From: the human T2T-CHM13v2.0 reference genome, Homo sapiens
Strand: one strand, 5' to 3'
Assembly (NCBI RefSeq): GCF_009914755.1
Contig: NC_060929.1
DNA: 64,000 bases
Shown here piece by piece: positions 29,679 to 45,800 of the stretch. The notes under the pieces are model-generated. The model did not search any database. It worked only from the letters and a program-made list of their open reading frames with translations, and was not told the DNA's origin. The position numbers were made by a program, and so were the translations under genes. How positions within the stretch are numbered: position 1 is the first letter of the stretch; each line of letters starts with the position of its first letter.

Positions 29679-30833
29679 TTACTCTGTTGATAGTTTCTTT
29701 TGCTGTGCATAAGTTTCTTAATTTAATTAGGTCCCACTAGTTCATTTTTGTTTTTGCTGCAGTTGCTTTTGGAGAATTAGCCAAAAATTTTTTGCCAATG
29801 CCAATGTTGAGAAGGGTATTTCCTAGGTTTTTGTCTAGGACTTTTATAGTTTGAGGTCTTAGTTTTAAATCTTTAATTTACCTTGAGTTTTTCTTTTTAT
29901 ATGGTGAAAGGAAGGGGTCCAGTTTTACTCTCCTGTATATGGTTAACCAGTTATTCCTGCACCATCTATTGAATAGGGACTCCTTTCTCCATTGATTGTT
30001 TTTGTCCGCTTTGTCGAAGACCAGATAGTTGTAGATAGGAGGATTTATGTCTCAGTTTTCTATTCTGTTCCCTTAATCTATGTGCCTGTTTTTCTACCAG
30101 CACCATGCTGATTTGGTTACTGCAGCCTTGCAGTATAGTTTGGAGTCAGGTAATGTGATTTTTTCTGGCTTTGTTCTTTTTGCTTAGAATTGCCTTGGCA
30201 ATTCAGGCTCCTTTTTGATTCCATCTGAATTTTAGAATAGTTGTTTCTAATTCTGTGCAAAATGATGTTGGTAGTTTTGATAGGAATAGTGGTGAATCTG
30301 TAAATTGCTTTGGGCAGTAAGACCATTTTAATGACATTGATTGTTTCAATCCATGAGCATAGAATATTTTCCCATTTATTTATGTCATCTCTGATTTCCT
30401 TCAGCAGTGTTTTATAGTTCTTCTTGTAGATATCTTTCATCTCCTTGGTGAGCTGTATTCCTAGGTATTTCCATTTTTTTTGTGGGCTTTTGTGAATGAG
30501 ATTGTGTTCTTGATTTTATTCTCAGCTTGAATACTATTGGTGTATAGAAACGCTACTGATTTCTGCACATTAATTTTATATCCTGACACTTTCCTAAAGT
30601 AATTTTCCAGTTCCAGAAGGTTTTGGCAGTCTTTAGAGCTTTTTAGGTATGGAATCATATTGTCAGCTAAAAGAGATAGTTTGACTGCTTTTCCTATTTT
30701 TATGTCTTTTATTTATTTATTTCTCTTGCCTGATTGCTATGTCTAGGACTTCCAGGACTATGTTGAATAGGAGTGGTGAGAGTGGGCATCCTTCTGTTTT
30801 TCCAGTTCTCAAGGGAAATGTTTCCAGATTTTG
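29679..30833 (-). mobile_element. L1PB/old L1PA internal ORF2 fragment, truncated at both ends
   Basis: Minus-strand ORFs [17 protein letters not shown] and [12 protein letters not shown]; no 3'UTR or poly(A). Confidence 0.9.
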
Positions 30834-31136
30834 TGAGGCTCACTTTAAATTGGCCTTTACTAAGGTAAAATATGGAAACCTAGATAGAATTGGTAAAACC
30901 CGTCTTCTAAAATAAACATGAAGGAACAAAGCCAAAAATATCTTTTAGGTAACATCTCAGATAGGATACAGCAACTATATTGGTTCTTCGCACCTTTAAA
31001 CATTTTTGTTCTTATAACCTATCTATGACTATACAACCGAAAGTAAAAGGTCTGATATGCTTACAATGTAAGGCTTTCAAAAATATGGGCTGTTGAGCAG
31101 CAAGACTCAGAGGAGAACCCCTGTGATATATTCCTG

Positions 31137-31524
31137 GTATAAACTGAATGTATGCATCTACTCAAATTTCATATGTTGAATTCCTGACATCCAATATGAT
31201 GGTATTCCTAATACCATCACATACCCAAATACTATCACATACTCAAAGTGAGACCTTTGGTAGGAGATTAGGTCATGAGGGCAAAGCCTTTTGGTGCTCT
31301 TATGAAAGAAATTTCAAAGTTTTCTTGCCCCTTCTACCATGTGAAGACACAGTGAGAATATGGCTGTTTAAGAACCAAGAAGTGGGCCCTCACCAGACAC
31401 TGAGTCTGCCAGTGATTTAATCTCAGACTTCCCAGCTTCCAGAACCATGGGAAATAAATGTCTGTTATTTATCAGCCACTCCGTTTATGGTGTTTTGTTA
31501 TAACAGCCCAAACAGACTAAGACA
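31137..31524 (+). mobile_element. MLT1A/MSTD-like MaLR solo LTR
   Basis: gagattaggtcatgaggg; ccctcaccagacac; ends aaacagactaagaca. Confidence 0.8.
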
Positions 31525-32367
31525 ATTACATGATGACAACTACCAAAGGAAAGTGAGGCATGGAGGGATGCCAGGGCCACTGGGCCCCAGAGCCTCCTAC
31601 AGAGAGGATTGTGTGTCATGAGATGAGTCCAAACTGAAAATGGAGCCCTGGGCTCAAGCAGCTGAAAGTTCCATGCTTTGTTAGGAAATAAAAAAGGGTA
31701 CATTTGAGGTCTTGAGGGCCTAGCCTTGAATGGTAGGAGACAAATGAGAAAGAATGGCAGAGTTGCTGGGCCTCATGGCCATTTACATATGAAAGGCAGA
31801 AACTGGAAAAGGGAGCAAGGAAGGATGAACGCCTTCAGATCTACTGTCATGAAAATTTAATTTACACATGGTTTGGTGATGGGAATGTTTGTTTTGATAG
31901 TACTATATCGTAAACCATTTATAGTCAGTTTTCTTAATGGGTTTTATCTAGCTATTGTCCTACATTTACATTTTCTGGTTTTTCTATTGCATCTTTCTAT
32001 GGAAAATGAGAAAATATGAAGAAGGAAGGGCAAATTCGGAAAGATTTTGAATCTTAAAATGTTTTAAAGGAAATTCTACAAGTAAAAATGTGAAACTACC
32101 ATATTTGTTTCGTGATCACTTATTAAATCTGCTTAAAATCACCTGAGCTGGATTTAGAATGTATATAGTCATTCCTCGTGTGATAAAACCAGTAAGAATT
32201 TATTGATAAAACCGTAGAGATCACTGACTGATTTGAATGTAGAAGAGCACAAAGACCTTAGCAGTTCATGAAGAATAGAATTTCCCTTAGATTCATTTCT
32301 TCTTTCTTAGAGAAGAAAAATTATTTCTGAGGATATCAAAAACATCAACAGCTACATTTTGTTTTTT

Positions 32368-32502
32368 AAGAGATGAACAGGGGTAACTCATGTCTTCTGA
32401 GTGCTCAGAAGATAACACGAATGTTACCCCTGTTCATCCTACACTGATGTGATCTTCTGAAGACTCAGAGGACATGAGTTACCTACCCCTTTTCACCTCT
32501 TT
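32368..32502. repeat. Nested inverted-repeat (multi-hairpin) element
   Basis: Perfect 16-bp IR at 32372-32387 / 32423-32438; about 46-bp imperfect IR at 32368-32413 / 32452-32502. Confidence 0.85.
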
Positions 32503-33561
32503 ACCACCACCACCATCAGCCACTCCAAGACTTCCCTGGATACTTGTAGAAAAGGGTCAAGGGCAGTGGCTTCTGAATTCACCCCACACACTCATTCTCC
32601 CAGCTGAACACATTTCTCCTGCCTCCAGGACAGAGCATCAGGCATGAGGAATCATTGCAGCCATGACTCCCCATTTATGACTCAGTCTCTTTGAGATTCA
32701 TACTTGCCCCAAAAGGTGCAGAAGAGTGCAATGAAAGAAAGATGAAGCGATCTTTTTTCTTGTCTCCAGAATAAAATTGCAGATGAGAGGCAAGGGTAGA
32801 AATGCCTGAAACACAACTGGCAATCCATTGTCAGAAGAAAGACTGAAGTGAATGAACACAAATCTATGAAAAGGCTTTTATTATCAGGCCCCACAAATAC
32901 ATTCTATTTGTAACTAATAAACATATTATTTAATATTTAATGTAATTGAGTTTATATTTTATCAAGCAGAACAGCATCACTCTCTTCGAGAAGCTTCTTG
33001 GTGATAAATTTTAAAATAATCAGTGTTCTTACTATGACCTAAGGGATTCATTCCATGGATTCTTACTGTTGATAGTAAGTATAGCATCCTTATGCTGGTG
33101 CTGGAACTCAGACTTGTCATCTTGAAGAAAGAAGATCTCCTAACTGATACTGGATACTTGAGTTTCTGTCACATTTAGTAACCACTGAAACTCAACAGTC
33201 TTCAGGGAGATCTCCATTTCCTCTCACAGCCAGCACTGGGCTGAAGGACAAGGTTGTCCATTGTCACAGAGACTGTGCTCTGTCTCCATCACCCTTCTGA
33301 ATTGTTCAAGGGGAGAAGCGTGGGGCGCAGAGGTCCTCACCACCAGTTCTTTCTTGGCCACATGAGAAGACAACACCCCCAGTTCCAGTTATATTAAAAA
33401 AAAAAAAAACAAAACAAAAACCAAAAACCAAAAAAAAAAAAAACCCGTCCAATCATGTTCCTTTTGTATTAGTTTTCTGTTGCTGAATAACAAATTACCA
33501 CAATTTGGTAGATTCAAACAATAATAAATTTATTATTCAACAGTTTGAAAAGCTCACCTGA

Positions 33562-33892
33562 GGCCAGGTGCAGTGGCTCCGCCTGTAAACCCAGCACTTT
33601 GGGAGACCAAGGCAGGCAGATCACCTGAGATCAGGAGTTCAAGACCAGCCTGGCCAACATGGCAAAACCCTGTCTCTACTAAAAATACAAAAAAATTAGC
33701 TGGGGGTGGTGGTGGGCACCTGTAATCCCAGCTACTCGGGAGGCTGAGGCAAGAAAATCACTTGAGCCCAGGAAGCGGAAGTTGCAGTGAGGCGAGATCA
33801 TGCCACTGAACTCCAGTCTGGGCAACAGAGCAGGACTCCATCTCAAAGAAACAAAACAAAACAAAACAAAACAAAACAAAAAGAAAAAGAAG
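33562..33892 (+). mobile_element. AluSx-like
   Basis: Full dimer with (CAAAA)n tail; TSD aaagctcacctg at 33549-33560 and 33893-33904. Confidence 0.95.
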
Positions 33893-33972
33893 AAAGCTCA
33901 CCTGTCTCAGTTAGGCTCAACCAGGGTAATCCCTTTTTGGGTAACTCAAGCTCAACTGATAAGTGGCCATAA

Positions 33973-34410
<438 letters not shown>

Positions 34411-34433
34411 TAGGGCCCATCTTAGAATTCTGA

Positions 34434-34739
<306 letters not shown>

Positions 34740-35184
34740 TGCCTACCACTTCTATAAGCCATTAGGCTGCTGTCATTTCAGGACTTTAAGAAACAACACA
34801 AATAGCATGCTATGCTATACCTGTTGTCTACATAGAGGACTAAGTGGTGTGCTATATAAGGTGTTGGAGGTTTTGGAAAACAGTCGTCAGCACTTTTCCT
34901 ACCTGTGTACTCCTAACCAAAGTGAGAAGTAATGAACAAGAACCAAGGGGGATGAAAATGTAGTAAATGTGTTCACGGTAAAGCTAATTAAAGAACATAG
35001 CAGGTTTGCCTATTTCCCTTCTTGATTTAGATTTTGGTCTCTCTAGCTTGTCACAGAGAGAAAAGCTGGAAGATGGTGGACCTGCTAAAGCCAACTTTGT
35101 TTGTCTCTTTTCCACATGGAAGAAACTCACCTATGTTATTGATACCTAAAAAGGAAGAGTGAAACAAGAAGGAGATGGGCCTGT

Positions 35185-35598
35185 CTCTGTACTGTTTGAG
35201 CTTCAGGGCAGTGGCTTTACTTATGATGCAGTAGCAAACAATCCCCAAGTCGCAGTGGTTAACAAAAACACATATATTTTTTCCTCATGGCATCTGTCTG
35301 ACACTGGTGGGCAAGGATGCTCTGTTCTTCAGACTCTCACAGGGACCCAGGCTGACAGACGCCTCATCTCAACCTGGGACTTCTTCAGTCACGGCAGCAG
35401 CAAGAAGGGAGAGTGGAAACTTATTCACCAGCTCTTAATGTTTACAGTCCTAAGTAACACATGCCACTTTTGATCCATATTTATTGAACAAAGCAAGTTG
35501 TGTGGCTACACACGAAAGAGGAAGTACCATCGTAACAGAAGCCATAAAGTGAAGGAGAATCAAAAATCTTTGGTAGACAGCATTCACAGCTACCACAC
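35185..35598 (-). mobile_element. Old MLT1 (K/L-like) LTR
   Basis: ttatgatgcagtagcaaacaatcccc; cagggacccaggctgac; ends ctaccaca. Confidence 0.6.
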
Positions 35599-36962
35599 GT
35601 GGGCTTAGTGAATGTCATTCGTCTCCCACAGGAGATGCAGGAATTAAAGAAGGCCCCAAAGGTCTTCACTCCAATACTGTCCCCTCCAAGACAGCGGAAC
35701 ATGCGATTTCCACATATGAAAAGAGAAAAGTAACAGTTCCCTTTTACCAGTAAAGGTAGGAAACAGAAAACAATCGTGAAGCTGCCCTGGAGGGCCACGC
35801 CCCACCTTCCCGGAGACTGTCGCAGTAAGTAGCTAGCAAAAACAGCTCTCCAAGGCCGCTTTACAGGCAGCTGAGAGAGGTCCTAGCCCCACAGACAGGC
35901 TCCAAATAGGAAGAGGGAGACTGTGCCTGCCACATTTGAGGAGGCCGCCTTCAAATTCATGCTGTATGTCTGGAGTCGCTGTGCCGAACAGGATCTGTGA
36001 GCTGGCTCTGTGCTGGGTGAGAAGTGTGCAGCCTGGTGCCAGAACGCGAGTGCACATCAAAATCCTGGCACAGGCTCTCCTCAGAAACGGACAGAAGACC
36101 AACTGTAACATACGGCTCATTCTTCTCACGTCATAAACGTAAAGGCATTAATCACTGGGAGGCCTCCCAGAAATTAAAGTTCATCTTTTGGTTATGGGGT
36201 GTCAAAAGGCAAATGCGGAATGTTTTAAATTTGCTTCGTTTTCCTGCGAGATAAAATACAGGTTTCCAATGCTGGCTCTATCATCAAAACAGTCTCCTGG
36301 CCCTGCCAAAGCTAACATAAAGAACCCAGAACTCCACACAGGTTTCTCATTTATAGCATAATTTCCTTCAAAGACGACTACTTTAAAATGTAGATTAACC
36401 CTTAATGTCTGAATTTTCCAAAGCGAAACTTTGAAACAATGAGGTCCCATCTGCCAGTGCTAAAAAACCAAGCAGCAAGGGAGTCACCCATGGCATTCTG
36501 CAGTGCGGGTGGGCGGGCTCTGCCTGGCCTGCTGACTGTCCATGCCGCAGTGAGCACCAGGCTGCACTCTCAAAGTGGAGCCTCGGGTCAGTCCTCAGGT
36601 GGAGAGATAACTGCTGTGCTCTCAAGCTATGTATTATGATCATCTGATAAAAGAAGAAAGAAATTCATGATCTGTTTTTTCTTCTTTGAGAAAGTACTAC
36701 AGCTTGTTTTTTCATTACCACCTAAATGAAACAATTCAAATGAAGCAGACACTCCTGAAAAGTGATCATCAGACATTTATCAGACTAGTCTTAAGAGTCT
36801 AAATATGAACACATGCGAACCGATTACTTCACATTCATCCCCCAAATGGAAGTATGTATTTGTTGATCTATGTATTCTACCTAATAACTTTTGCTTGTGA
36901 AAGAAAAGGGAAAGTGATAGTTGAAGGGACTGTAAACTCTCCATCGGAGTGTGCATGCCTAC

Positions 36963-36999
36963 GTGTTTGTGTGTGTGTGTGTATGTGTGTATGTGTGTG
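36963..36999. repeat. Imperfect (TG)n
   Basis: Seen directly. Confidence 0.85.
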
Positions 37000-37299
37000 C
37001 ACCTGTGGGCTGGCTTACATGCTCACTTGCACAGTGTCATTACAAATTGAACCTGAATGACTTCAGGTGGGGGATAACCTCTTAATTTTCCACAGTCCTC
37101 ACTAGTCCCTATTGTCTTAAAGCTTGATTTGCTTATTTATGCTACCTACTCTATTGATGTAGACATTTGAGTTTGCGTGTTAATGTTTTAAAGCAGCATG
37201 TAACTGTGCTCCATAACTATGCCTGCCTTTGAGGTCTTACTGAAAATGCAAATGGCAAGTCCTTAAATTCTGATGGACCACACCCACAGCATAAAATTT

Positions 37300-37545
37300 C
37301 ACCTGGGAAATTGGAACAATACCAAAGGCCTATTATGAAGATTAGCATAGCATATGTAAAGGATCTAAACCCAGTGCCTGGCACATAGTATCACCAAAAC
37401 ATGGCACTCAGTAAATGCCAGCAATGATGATAGTGAAACATAACCTACAGGGTTAGTGTTATGATTGAGAAATTGGACTTTAGTGTATACAAGTCTGGGT
37501 TCGAATCCCAGTTTCACCATTTACCGGTCATGTGACTTCTTAGGA
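37300..37545 (+). mobile_element. MIR fragments
   Basis: cagtgcctggcacatagt; ctgggttcgaatcccagtttcaccatttac (B-box). Confidence 0.65.
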
Positions 37546-38689
37546 AAGGGAGATAAGGTTAAGGACACACATTTAAGAATCATTAAAGTGTGTGAGGTTT
37601 CCCAAAGGAGAGGAGTAGGTACATAGAAGGGATTTCATTGGTTTGAGAAGAAAGAGCCCTGTGGAAGAGCAGCCTTAAAAGGTTGAAGACCCAGAAGAAT
37701 GGAAAGATCAGAAATCCAAGGGAAGATAAAATTTCAAAAAAGAAGAGACATTATTAAAACTGCTCAATTCTATTGCATAATAAGAGTACTATCAACAGAC
37801 CCATGGAAGCTGGAACAGAAGAACTTTAAACCTAGACATTTTGTTGGCATCTCCCAAAGGATTCGAGGCATAACTCAATGGCCTAGTATAGAAAGCCCAA
37901 AGACTTCAGTATTCTGAACTGTGTCTGTGGGATCAGATTCCTCTAGAGAAATCATTTTCTCTGTGCATGGAACATAATAAAAAGCTTCAAACTGGTAACT
38001 AACAAAAGTAATTGCTGGAAAATACCTTGTTTCCCTCATCACTGAAGACCTGCTGGATAAAACGTATTTTTTAACAATAATTTTTCAATACAATCACTAA
38101 TAAAATGTAAATAATAAAAAGGATAAACATCCGTTATAAAATTATCATTATTCATTCTCCATGCTTGATAATTTATTCCTGCCCTTTATTTATCTTCCAA
38201 ATGCCCATTTTAATTTTTAAGTGATTGTATATCATTGGATTAAATTTGTCTTTACAGAATAAATGCTTTTGCCACATACTTTTCTTAACATGCAGCCTCT
38301 AGTGAATTCAATTTTTGACCTTATTTGGCTTTTCAATCCAGTGGGAAGTAACTTATTTTAAATAAAATGAGGAAGTCAACTTACCCTTAAACCCAGAGGT
38401 TAATCTCCATGTAAGCCATTTTTGCACATTTAATTGGTGTGGGAAATTTTGCTAAGATAACTTTTGCAGGGGCTTTACAGAATGCTCTTCAGAAAGCCTT
38501 CTTGGAGCTCATGAAATTTCCAGACTTCTTAACCAAAATAACATCTCTAGGCAAAGGATTATACTCACATATTGTGGTTGTGGGGCTTTCATAAGTTAAT
38601 GCAGAATATCATATACATCTTAGGGGAAGATTTTACTTCTTGGTATAGGAGTCCACTTTTTGCACTTTTATAGTAGTTTCATCCCAGTG

Positions 38690-39520
38690 TTTGACACTGA
38701 GCATGTACTATAAGCACTATAGGGAATATGGAGATACTAGATATTAACAATACTACATCTTTAGGTAGACGGAAATTCACATATTGAAGGCCAACTATAT
38801 GCTCTGCTATTGGATTAAGCAGGTATTCGCTAATACGCGAATATAGACGAAACAAGGCTGGATATACTTTTCACATGGAATAGGTAGTTAATATATAGTA
38901 TGAGTTCAAAGGATTGCAAGTCACTTGTGGCTGACTATAGAAGGCTTCATGGAGGAGGTGCTGTTTTCACTTGGAAAATATAAGATATTAATTGATGTAA
39001 TTAAAGATTACTCCAGGAGACAGAGATGGTATAAGCAGTCACTAAAATATGAAAATCTAAATATGTTTAGGGAAGGAGAATAGACTAAGATGCTCTAGGA
39101 AAAAAAAAATAATCCCCTAGAGGGTTATTAGAGAGGTGAGGTTGGGAGCATATGGTGGGGTGAGGTCCTTAATTCCAGGGTGAGGTGCTTTATTAATTTG
39201 GTAGAAAGCTGGATGCTACTTAAGGTTTGGTAACCACGTTTCAGGATGATCAGTCTGTCAGGAATGCAAATGAGATATTGGAGTAATAAAAGTTTGGGGA
39301 TAGTACGTCCTGTTGGAAGACTTAACAGCTGTAAATATTTCTAACAGTTAAGTGTCTCACTAAGATATTAGTTTTATGTTTCTGTATCCGGGAGTATAGC
39401 CACAAAATGAACAGAGATAGAACATCTAAAAAAGCAGGTTTGAAGGGCAAGCTGAGTTCTGTTTTAGGAAACGTGAATTGGAAGTGACTTCAGTGTATAT
39501 ATAGAGAAATGTCAAATAGA
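38690..39520 (-). mobile_element. L2 relic
   Basis: ctgagcatgtactat; gaaggcttcatggaggaggtg; gagaaatgtcaaatagacag. Confidence 0.55.
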
Positions 39521-39525
39521 CAGGT

Positions 39526-39836
39526 ACATCTACAATAACTTCTCTAAAGCCCTGGGATCATTTATGTTTCAGAATCAGATGTTTGTAGGTTTTAGAAAGG
39601 TCACATGGAACATAAAATACATATTATCTAACAACTCCAGCATGCCTGAGGCAGCATCTAAAAATTAAACACAATTATAAGTGGCCTATAAACAGCATGA
39701 TGTAAGTTAAGGTAAAATTTTACCACCAAATGAGTAGAAGTCAGATTAGATTTTACTGTCAAATGAATGAAAAGAAAGCTCTGAAAAGTTGCAGAGCTTT
39801 TGGATTTCAGAGTTGCCAATCAGGGGCCATGGGCTT
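39526..39836. mobile_element. MER96B-like non-autonomous DNA transposon
   Basis: ttttagaaaggt...ccagcatgcctgaggcagca...cagagcttttggatttcagagttgc; family name is from recall. Confidence 0.45.
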
Positions 39837-42800
39837 GGGAAAGCTCAGGATGGAACTTTGAGTTGACACCTTCCTGAGCCCTGACCCAGCCCGGACTCAG
39901 GCTGTGAATTGTCCTGCCTTCCTCGCTCTCTCCCACTACTCTTTCCAGCTTGACATTAATTCATGATTTACATGGAGACCATGCCTCTGTCCTTGCTCTG
40001 CCCAGATGGACTCTGGGGAAAAACTCTGAGTCCCAGACTAAACTCACTTTGGCCTGTGAGCCCTACTGGTAACTTTAGCTCGAACATTTGGATTCCACAC
40101 TGTAAGGGAAAACATTTACTGGAGCTTTCAATTTTTTGAATATAAAAATAATATATGTTATAAAAAATTTAGAAATTTGGAAGGAAATAATGGAGAAAAT
40201 AAACATCACACATAATCCCATTATTTCAAAATAACCAATGTTAACATTTTCTGTGTTTACTTCCAGGTTTTTTTTCTTTGAATATGTAGTAGATAAAGTA
40301 TATCCTGTTTCTAACTGCCTGCCGTATCAACAAAGTAAATGTTAGAACCAGCATTCCAGTAACTCAGCACCCACACTTTGTCTTCTTCCCTAAAGACGAA
40401 GCTTGTCTTATTCACTGCTATATCACAAGGTATATTGTGGGCACTTGATGAATAGTCATTGACTATAAATTATGGAATAAATTAATGTATGCAAAATTCC
40501 AGGGCCTCAGAACCCTTTTTCCTGACAGTATTTGCTTACGGGAGCTCAAAGAGTTATCTCAGGTCTACCCATTGCACTCATTCCACAGTGATAGCTCCAT
40601 TTTGTCTTTTCTTATTCTGACTCCTCTGGATGGATGCTTATAGCTGTGAAAAATGAGTTTCTCCATGTCTATATCACAGGCAGACATGGAATTAATCTTC
40701 CTCAAGGTAGTTTGCTCAGACCTGGTACTAAAGGGCACGTCAGAGTTAGGGACGCTAAAATTCCCAGTTGAGAAACAGTTCCTTGGTAGGGTGTCCACTG
40801 TACACACCAAAAAGTAAACATGCTCCATCCCGTCATGGGCCATAATAAATAGTGTTATAAGTTTCCATACTCACCACACAGCAGCATGTATCCCTGATTA
40901 ATGGTCTTCAGGAATATTTCTCATCAAACTAGAATGTGAAGTGGAAGACAAGTCAAACTTTAGTAACTCTTTTGATATGAATCTTATGAATATGTGATAC
41001 CACTAGAAGAAAGCAGCAGTTGGTTTCATACTTTTTAGAAATACACAAAAGAAATAAATAGAAAAACACAAGTCTTTCAGGTTTGCTTGATTTGTTATTT
41101 ATTGTTCGGGGGGAAAAAGCTATAATTATTTCATCTAGTTCAAAGAGACAAAATAGTCTGGGGCTATACTGAATAAACCAAATTTAGACAAACCATCCAA
41201 ATAAAAAGAAACACAATGTTGTAAGTTAAAATTTTGTACCTCTAAGACAAAAAAAGCTCCCTATCCTTGCAGTTTACAAGATGCCCCAGAGGCTGGGTGG
41301 AGAAGTGCCTTTTCCTCGCTCTTTCTTCACCCTCCCCATAACCCAACATCATCTTCACTCTACCTCTTTCTTCTTCCAGTACAGGTAGCACGATATGAGC
41401 AGGGTTTAGTCTTCTTGATTGCAATATACATATTTTAAATCTTAAATAGAATTGTGGCCACATGCTTGCCATCAACTTCAATTGCAGTAATGTGATCAAA
41501 TTACTGTCTACCTAATTAACCTCTGGGTCCAGCTTATCACAAGGATCTCAGAGTCCTAACATTTTTAAACAAGGGCAATCAACTATATGCATACAAAGCG
41601 CTTGGTTGCATTTAATTGTATAGGTATCATCGTGACCACAAATCCATGGAGATGAAACAAGACTAAATAAAGGTACAATTTATTTGCAAACCCCTACCAA
41701 TGGAAAAACTGGCCATGTCTAAGCCAGCTAAACAGATATACAACCTAACATTACTATCTGCACAACTAAAGTTAAATGCTACAATGACAATACTTTCAGT
41801 AACCGTTTGCTTGAGACTGGATATGATTTTTCTGGATAGGTAGGGCAGTTCCCCAGCTTTATCTTTCTGTAGATCATCCTCTTCACACAGAAAACCTGGT
41901 ATAACTTCCCAGCCTCTATCTATACAGTCGTTCTCATTAAATATGTTTTTAAAAAGTGATCAATCAGATATCTTTAGCACTCCAGAGAAACGGAGGGTGA
42001 GAAGCAGTCTTCTAAATATGTTGATATTAACTGGCTACATGAGTTATAATTTCTTTACAAACACCTTTCATCAAACTCTCCATCTGAAGTTACCCATTTT
42101 AGTTAATGATATAATCCTTTCTCTCTGAACCAATTTCATAGATATAAATGTAAATTGTATTACCAATTCTCAATGTTTCATTACACTTATCTCTGCAGTT
42201 CCACTATAATGAAGACTTGCATCAATTCATACATACAATCTCTACCTGATCTTATTGCCACCAGACTCTCTCCTCTCTGTTTTCCTTATACCTATTTGCC
42301 AAGCTAACTTCTTAAAAATCTTATTAATTGTGCATTTACAGAACCTAAAATAACTTCTGGTATCTAGTATAGTAAAACCTGTAGTCCTTAATAATCTGGT
42401 CCCACCTGTATCATTTTTTCCCAACTGTATCACTTTCCGTGACTTGCCAATGTGTGCCTTTTACTCCAGTTTGATGAGTTTCACCTATGTTTCCCACCTC
42501 ATCTGTAAATTCCTCTGCCTCCTCTTCATCCAGAAATCCCTCCCCTCCTTAAGTCCCATTCCAAATATAGCTCTTCCAAAAATATTCACTTTCTTCACAA
42601 ACTGCACAAAGTGTTCTTTCTGCTGTCATTTTCATTTATTCTACAATTTTGGTTTTTGTCCTGTATTTTGTAATTATTAAATGAAATAAATTCTCTCATA
42701 CATAAATTCAATTGCCTTCATAAAAAAGAGCATGTTATATTTTGTGCCGATATAACTCAAAGCACAAAAGTTACCACATAATGGTCATTTGAAGTATTAA

Positions 42801-43231
42801 TTAAATAATTTTAGATTCTCTGCTATTGGATCTAATAATTATTTTTTCATTTCCTAAATCCATATTGTAATTGTTGGTACCAGACATCTCATTTCCCTCC
42901 ATTTGTTTTATATTTGCAAGTTTTGTTTTGAATACTTAATAGGTCTTATGTCAGTACTGTTCATTTATACCCCGATTTATTGCCCCCAAAATTCAAGGTG
43001 GTTTACAAGAACACATGTTTATCTTGTATTACTCATTGGTAGGAAATAAGAAAAAAAAAATTAAAAGAATGTAATCTGTTATCCACATTCAAATATGCCC
43101 TAGGTGACTTCAAAACAAAGCCTTTTAATAAACAGATAAGCACTATGTTAAGTTTTTCAACTGGCTGAGAGATCCACGTGTATCCAATTATCTTTCCTTG
43201 CTTTAACCATGAGCCTTAAAAATATCTTCCA

Positions 43232-43360
43232 GGCTGGGCTTGATGGCTCATGTCTGTAACCCCAGCACTTGGGGAGGCCAAGTTGGAAGGTTCTTAAAAG
43301 GCTAGAAGTTCAAGACCATCCTTGACAACATAGTGTGACCATCTCTCTAGTATAATAAAA
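43232..43360 (+). mobile_element. FLAM/Alu left monomer
   Basis: ggctgggcttgatggctcatgtctgtaaccccagcactt...aagttcaagacc. Confidence 0.8.
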
Positions 43361-43502
43361 CATGTTAAAAATATTGCATTTTATGTGGTTGGTTTGTTGG
43401 GATTTTTGTATTGATTAGTTTCCATATTTCTATTTTTCCTTAGTTTTAATTTTATAAAATCTTTAATTCAAAAGAGTTTAAAAGAGCCAAATAGTCCCAG
43501 AA

Positions 43503-45800
<2,298 letters not shown>

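Noticed and set aside
32368-32502. Possible CRISPR repeat or rho-independent terminator
   Set aside because: Mammalian context; no regular repeat-spacer array or cas genes; the repeats are inverted, not direct
33393-33443. A-rich tract as the tail of a processed pseudogene
   Set aside because: No upstream ORF homology or TSD found
35481-36643. Cluster of overlapping 66-105 aa ORFs as a possible coding exon
   Set aside because: No recognisable domain or convincing splice-bounded frame; longer ORFs are expected from the higher GC content
38824-38843. CpG-containing 7-bp hairpin tattcgc-taatac-gcgaata
   Set aside because: Too short to distinguish from chance, and it lies in an L2 relic
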